A stretch of 64,000 bases of DNA from Klebsormidium nitens. Its lineage: Eukaryota > Plantae > Klebsormidiophyceae. Each line of letters begins with the position of its first letter. Within the stretch, counting starts at the first letter, position 1. The notes below the pieces were generated by a model. It ran no database searches. It saw nothing but the letters and a program-made list of their open reading frames with translations, and was not told where the DNA came from. The DNA lies in contig DF237388.1 in the NCBI GenBank assembly GCA_000708835.1, forward strand, positions 1 to 64,000, given 5' to 3'. Positions 62,902 to 64,000 of the stretch are shown here, piece by piece. A program made the translations under genes and the position numbers.

Positions 62902-63230
62902 CTTTTGCACTTGATGGATGATGTGGAGGGGACTCTTGCAGATTCCAAAGATGTTCAGAAGTTCGGCGCGACCCCAGGCGGCTATGCAGCTCCTGCACCT
63001 AAAATTGAACTTTGGAATCCAGTCCCCACGTGCTTTGCCTCGTCCCTCAACTTCTCTAATTGCGCTTACAGGCTAGCTGTCACATGATGATACCTCCGCT
63101 GGCAAAGTGCTAGGTCTTACACCATGTGCCCACAGCGCCGAATTACACATGCAATGGTGCAGCTCGCCAGTGCAAACGGCCGGCCGGTGACAGGTCGGAA
63201 AGGGAGGATTTGCAGATAGCAGATTAAGCA
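62902..63230 (-). other. Possible spliced RING-HC-like coding remnant downstream of PEN-2
   Basis: 63230-63121 reads CLIC...CVIRRCGHMV, then donor GTAAGA, a 122-nt intron and acceptor attttag. 62998-62902 reads CRSCIAAWG...FGICKSPL, then donor GTACGT. The seventh metal ligand is F instead of C. Confidence 0.3.
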
Positions 63231-63418
63231 GGCTCAGCTGACTCTTCATTCCCAGGCCCTAAACAACTCGACTCCCCATGACAATTTACTTTGCTCAGAC
63301 CAGATCGACTTAACTAGCGATTCAACTGTGTTTTGTCTCTCTGTGTTCCAATTACCCTGCCGCTGCAAGGGTGGAACACTCTCAACTAGCGCCAGATGTC
63401 TGTGAGGACCTCCTAAGG

Positions 63419-63962
63419 TTATGCAAGGTTCTCTGGCATGATGACATACACAGCTAACTTTTTCCAGACTGGGCCGATCACACTTTCTCCCCCAATGGCG
63501 AAGGTGAGGGTCCATGGAAGAAGAAGAGCAGTGAAGAGGGTGAAGCCGATGAGCGAATGTACCGTATCTACAGAAACAAGCGCAGAAAGTATCAACAACA
63601 AGTTTTGGGGCCACGAGTAATGCGCCCTGCAATATGGGAAAGTTGACTGAACAGAAATCATTGGGTCGTGCGAGCACTTTAGGACTGCTTGAATCCAACC
63701 TTCTTTGTCTTGCAACAGGGCAAAGCAAAAGCTTCTGAGCTCCACTCTAGCTAGAGTCAACAATTACAAAGACTAATACAGTCAGTAACCTGCACCAGGT
63801 CTTGTAACATAAGATGAGAAAACGTTTCTTCAACAACCGCTGTTGAGATCTGGTGCTTACTTTTCCTGATGACGGAGTCGCCCCCATAGCGCAGGACCGG
63901 CCAGAAATAGTAGCAATTGACGAACCACAGCCAGGGAAGCGCGAAGAACCCCCCAATGAACA
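63419..63962 (-). CDS. PEN2: Gamma-secretase subunit PEN-2, 3' part (5' exon lies beyond the window end)
   Basis: Exon 63962-63861 encodes FIGGFFALPWLWFVNCYYFWPVLRYGGDSVIRK, donor GTAAGC. Exon 63567-63419 encodes TVHSLIGFTLFTALLLPWTLTFAIGGESVIGPVWKKLAVY...TAA. Both match plant PEN-2 segments as recalled (GFALLPWLWFVNCFYFWPVL; SAIGFSVFTALL..WALTFSIGGE). Confidence 0.9.
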
Positions 63963-63980
63963 GTGCACATCAGTCAAGGA
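63963..63980 (-). other. Probable U12-type (minor spliceosome) AT-AC intron 3' end
   Basis: The minus strand reads TCCTTGAC-tgatgtgc-AC|exon. The branch-site consensus TCCTTRAC has its A at 63974, 11 nt before an AC terminus at 63963. No AG lies near the exon start, and an in-frame TGA lies just upstream. Confidence 0.75.
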
Positions 63981-64000
63981 GCTCAGCTTATGTGGAGATG

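Noticed and set aside
63233-63449. PEN-2-RING fusion by alternative splicing (phases happen to be compatible)
   Set aside because: It requires a 50-nt intron and a purine-rich GAG acceptor, and PEN-2 already has a homologous natural end at 63419.

Overview
Eukaryotic, intron-rich nuclear DNA from a green-lineage organism. GC-rich codon-biased exons, GT-AG introns of mostly 0.1-1 kb and land-plant-like orthologues suggest a streptophyte alga such as Klebsormidium (inference). The ORF track is misleading because almost every gene is spliced. Joining exons by hand gives eight genes: (1) a two-exon ~1660-aa receptor-like protein with 43 plant-type LRRs, no kinase and an XK/XKR-like multipass membrane domain (662-6819, -); (2) a plant O-fucosyltransferase-family glycosyltransferase (14098-19157, +); (3) the strawberry-notch/FORGETTER1 orthologue (~20822-34918, -); (4) isoamylase ISA1 (36484-44961, -); (5) an HBP5-like DUF2358+SOUL protein with an internally deleted SOUL domain (46396-49637, -); (6) an organellar methionine aminopeptidase 1 (51706-57108, -); (7) a divergent, long-linker EB1-family protein (57531-62265, +); (8) the 3' part of gamma-secretase subunit PEN-2, entered through a probable U12 AT-AC intron (63419-63962, -). 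The accessory stretch at 7-14 kb hides a three-exon, frameshifted and truncated EF-hand gene of the SCP / coelenterazine-binding-protein / photoprotein type that the ORF track misses, plus two hairpins. Several genes carry degenerate tandem copies of their own exon-intron junctions inside introns. No rRNA, tRNA, CRISPR array or intact transposon was recognised. All family assignments rest on motifs recalled from memory, not on database searches.
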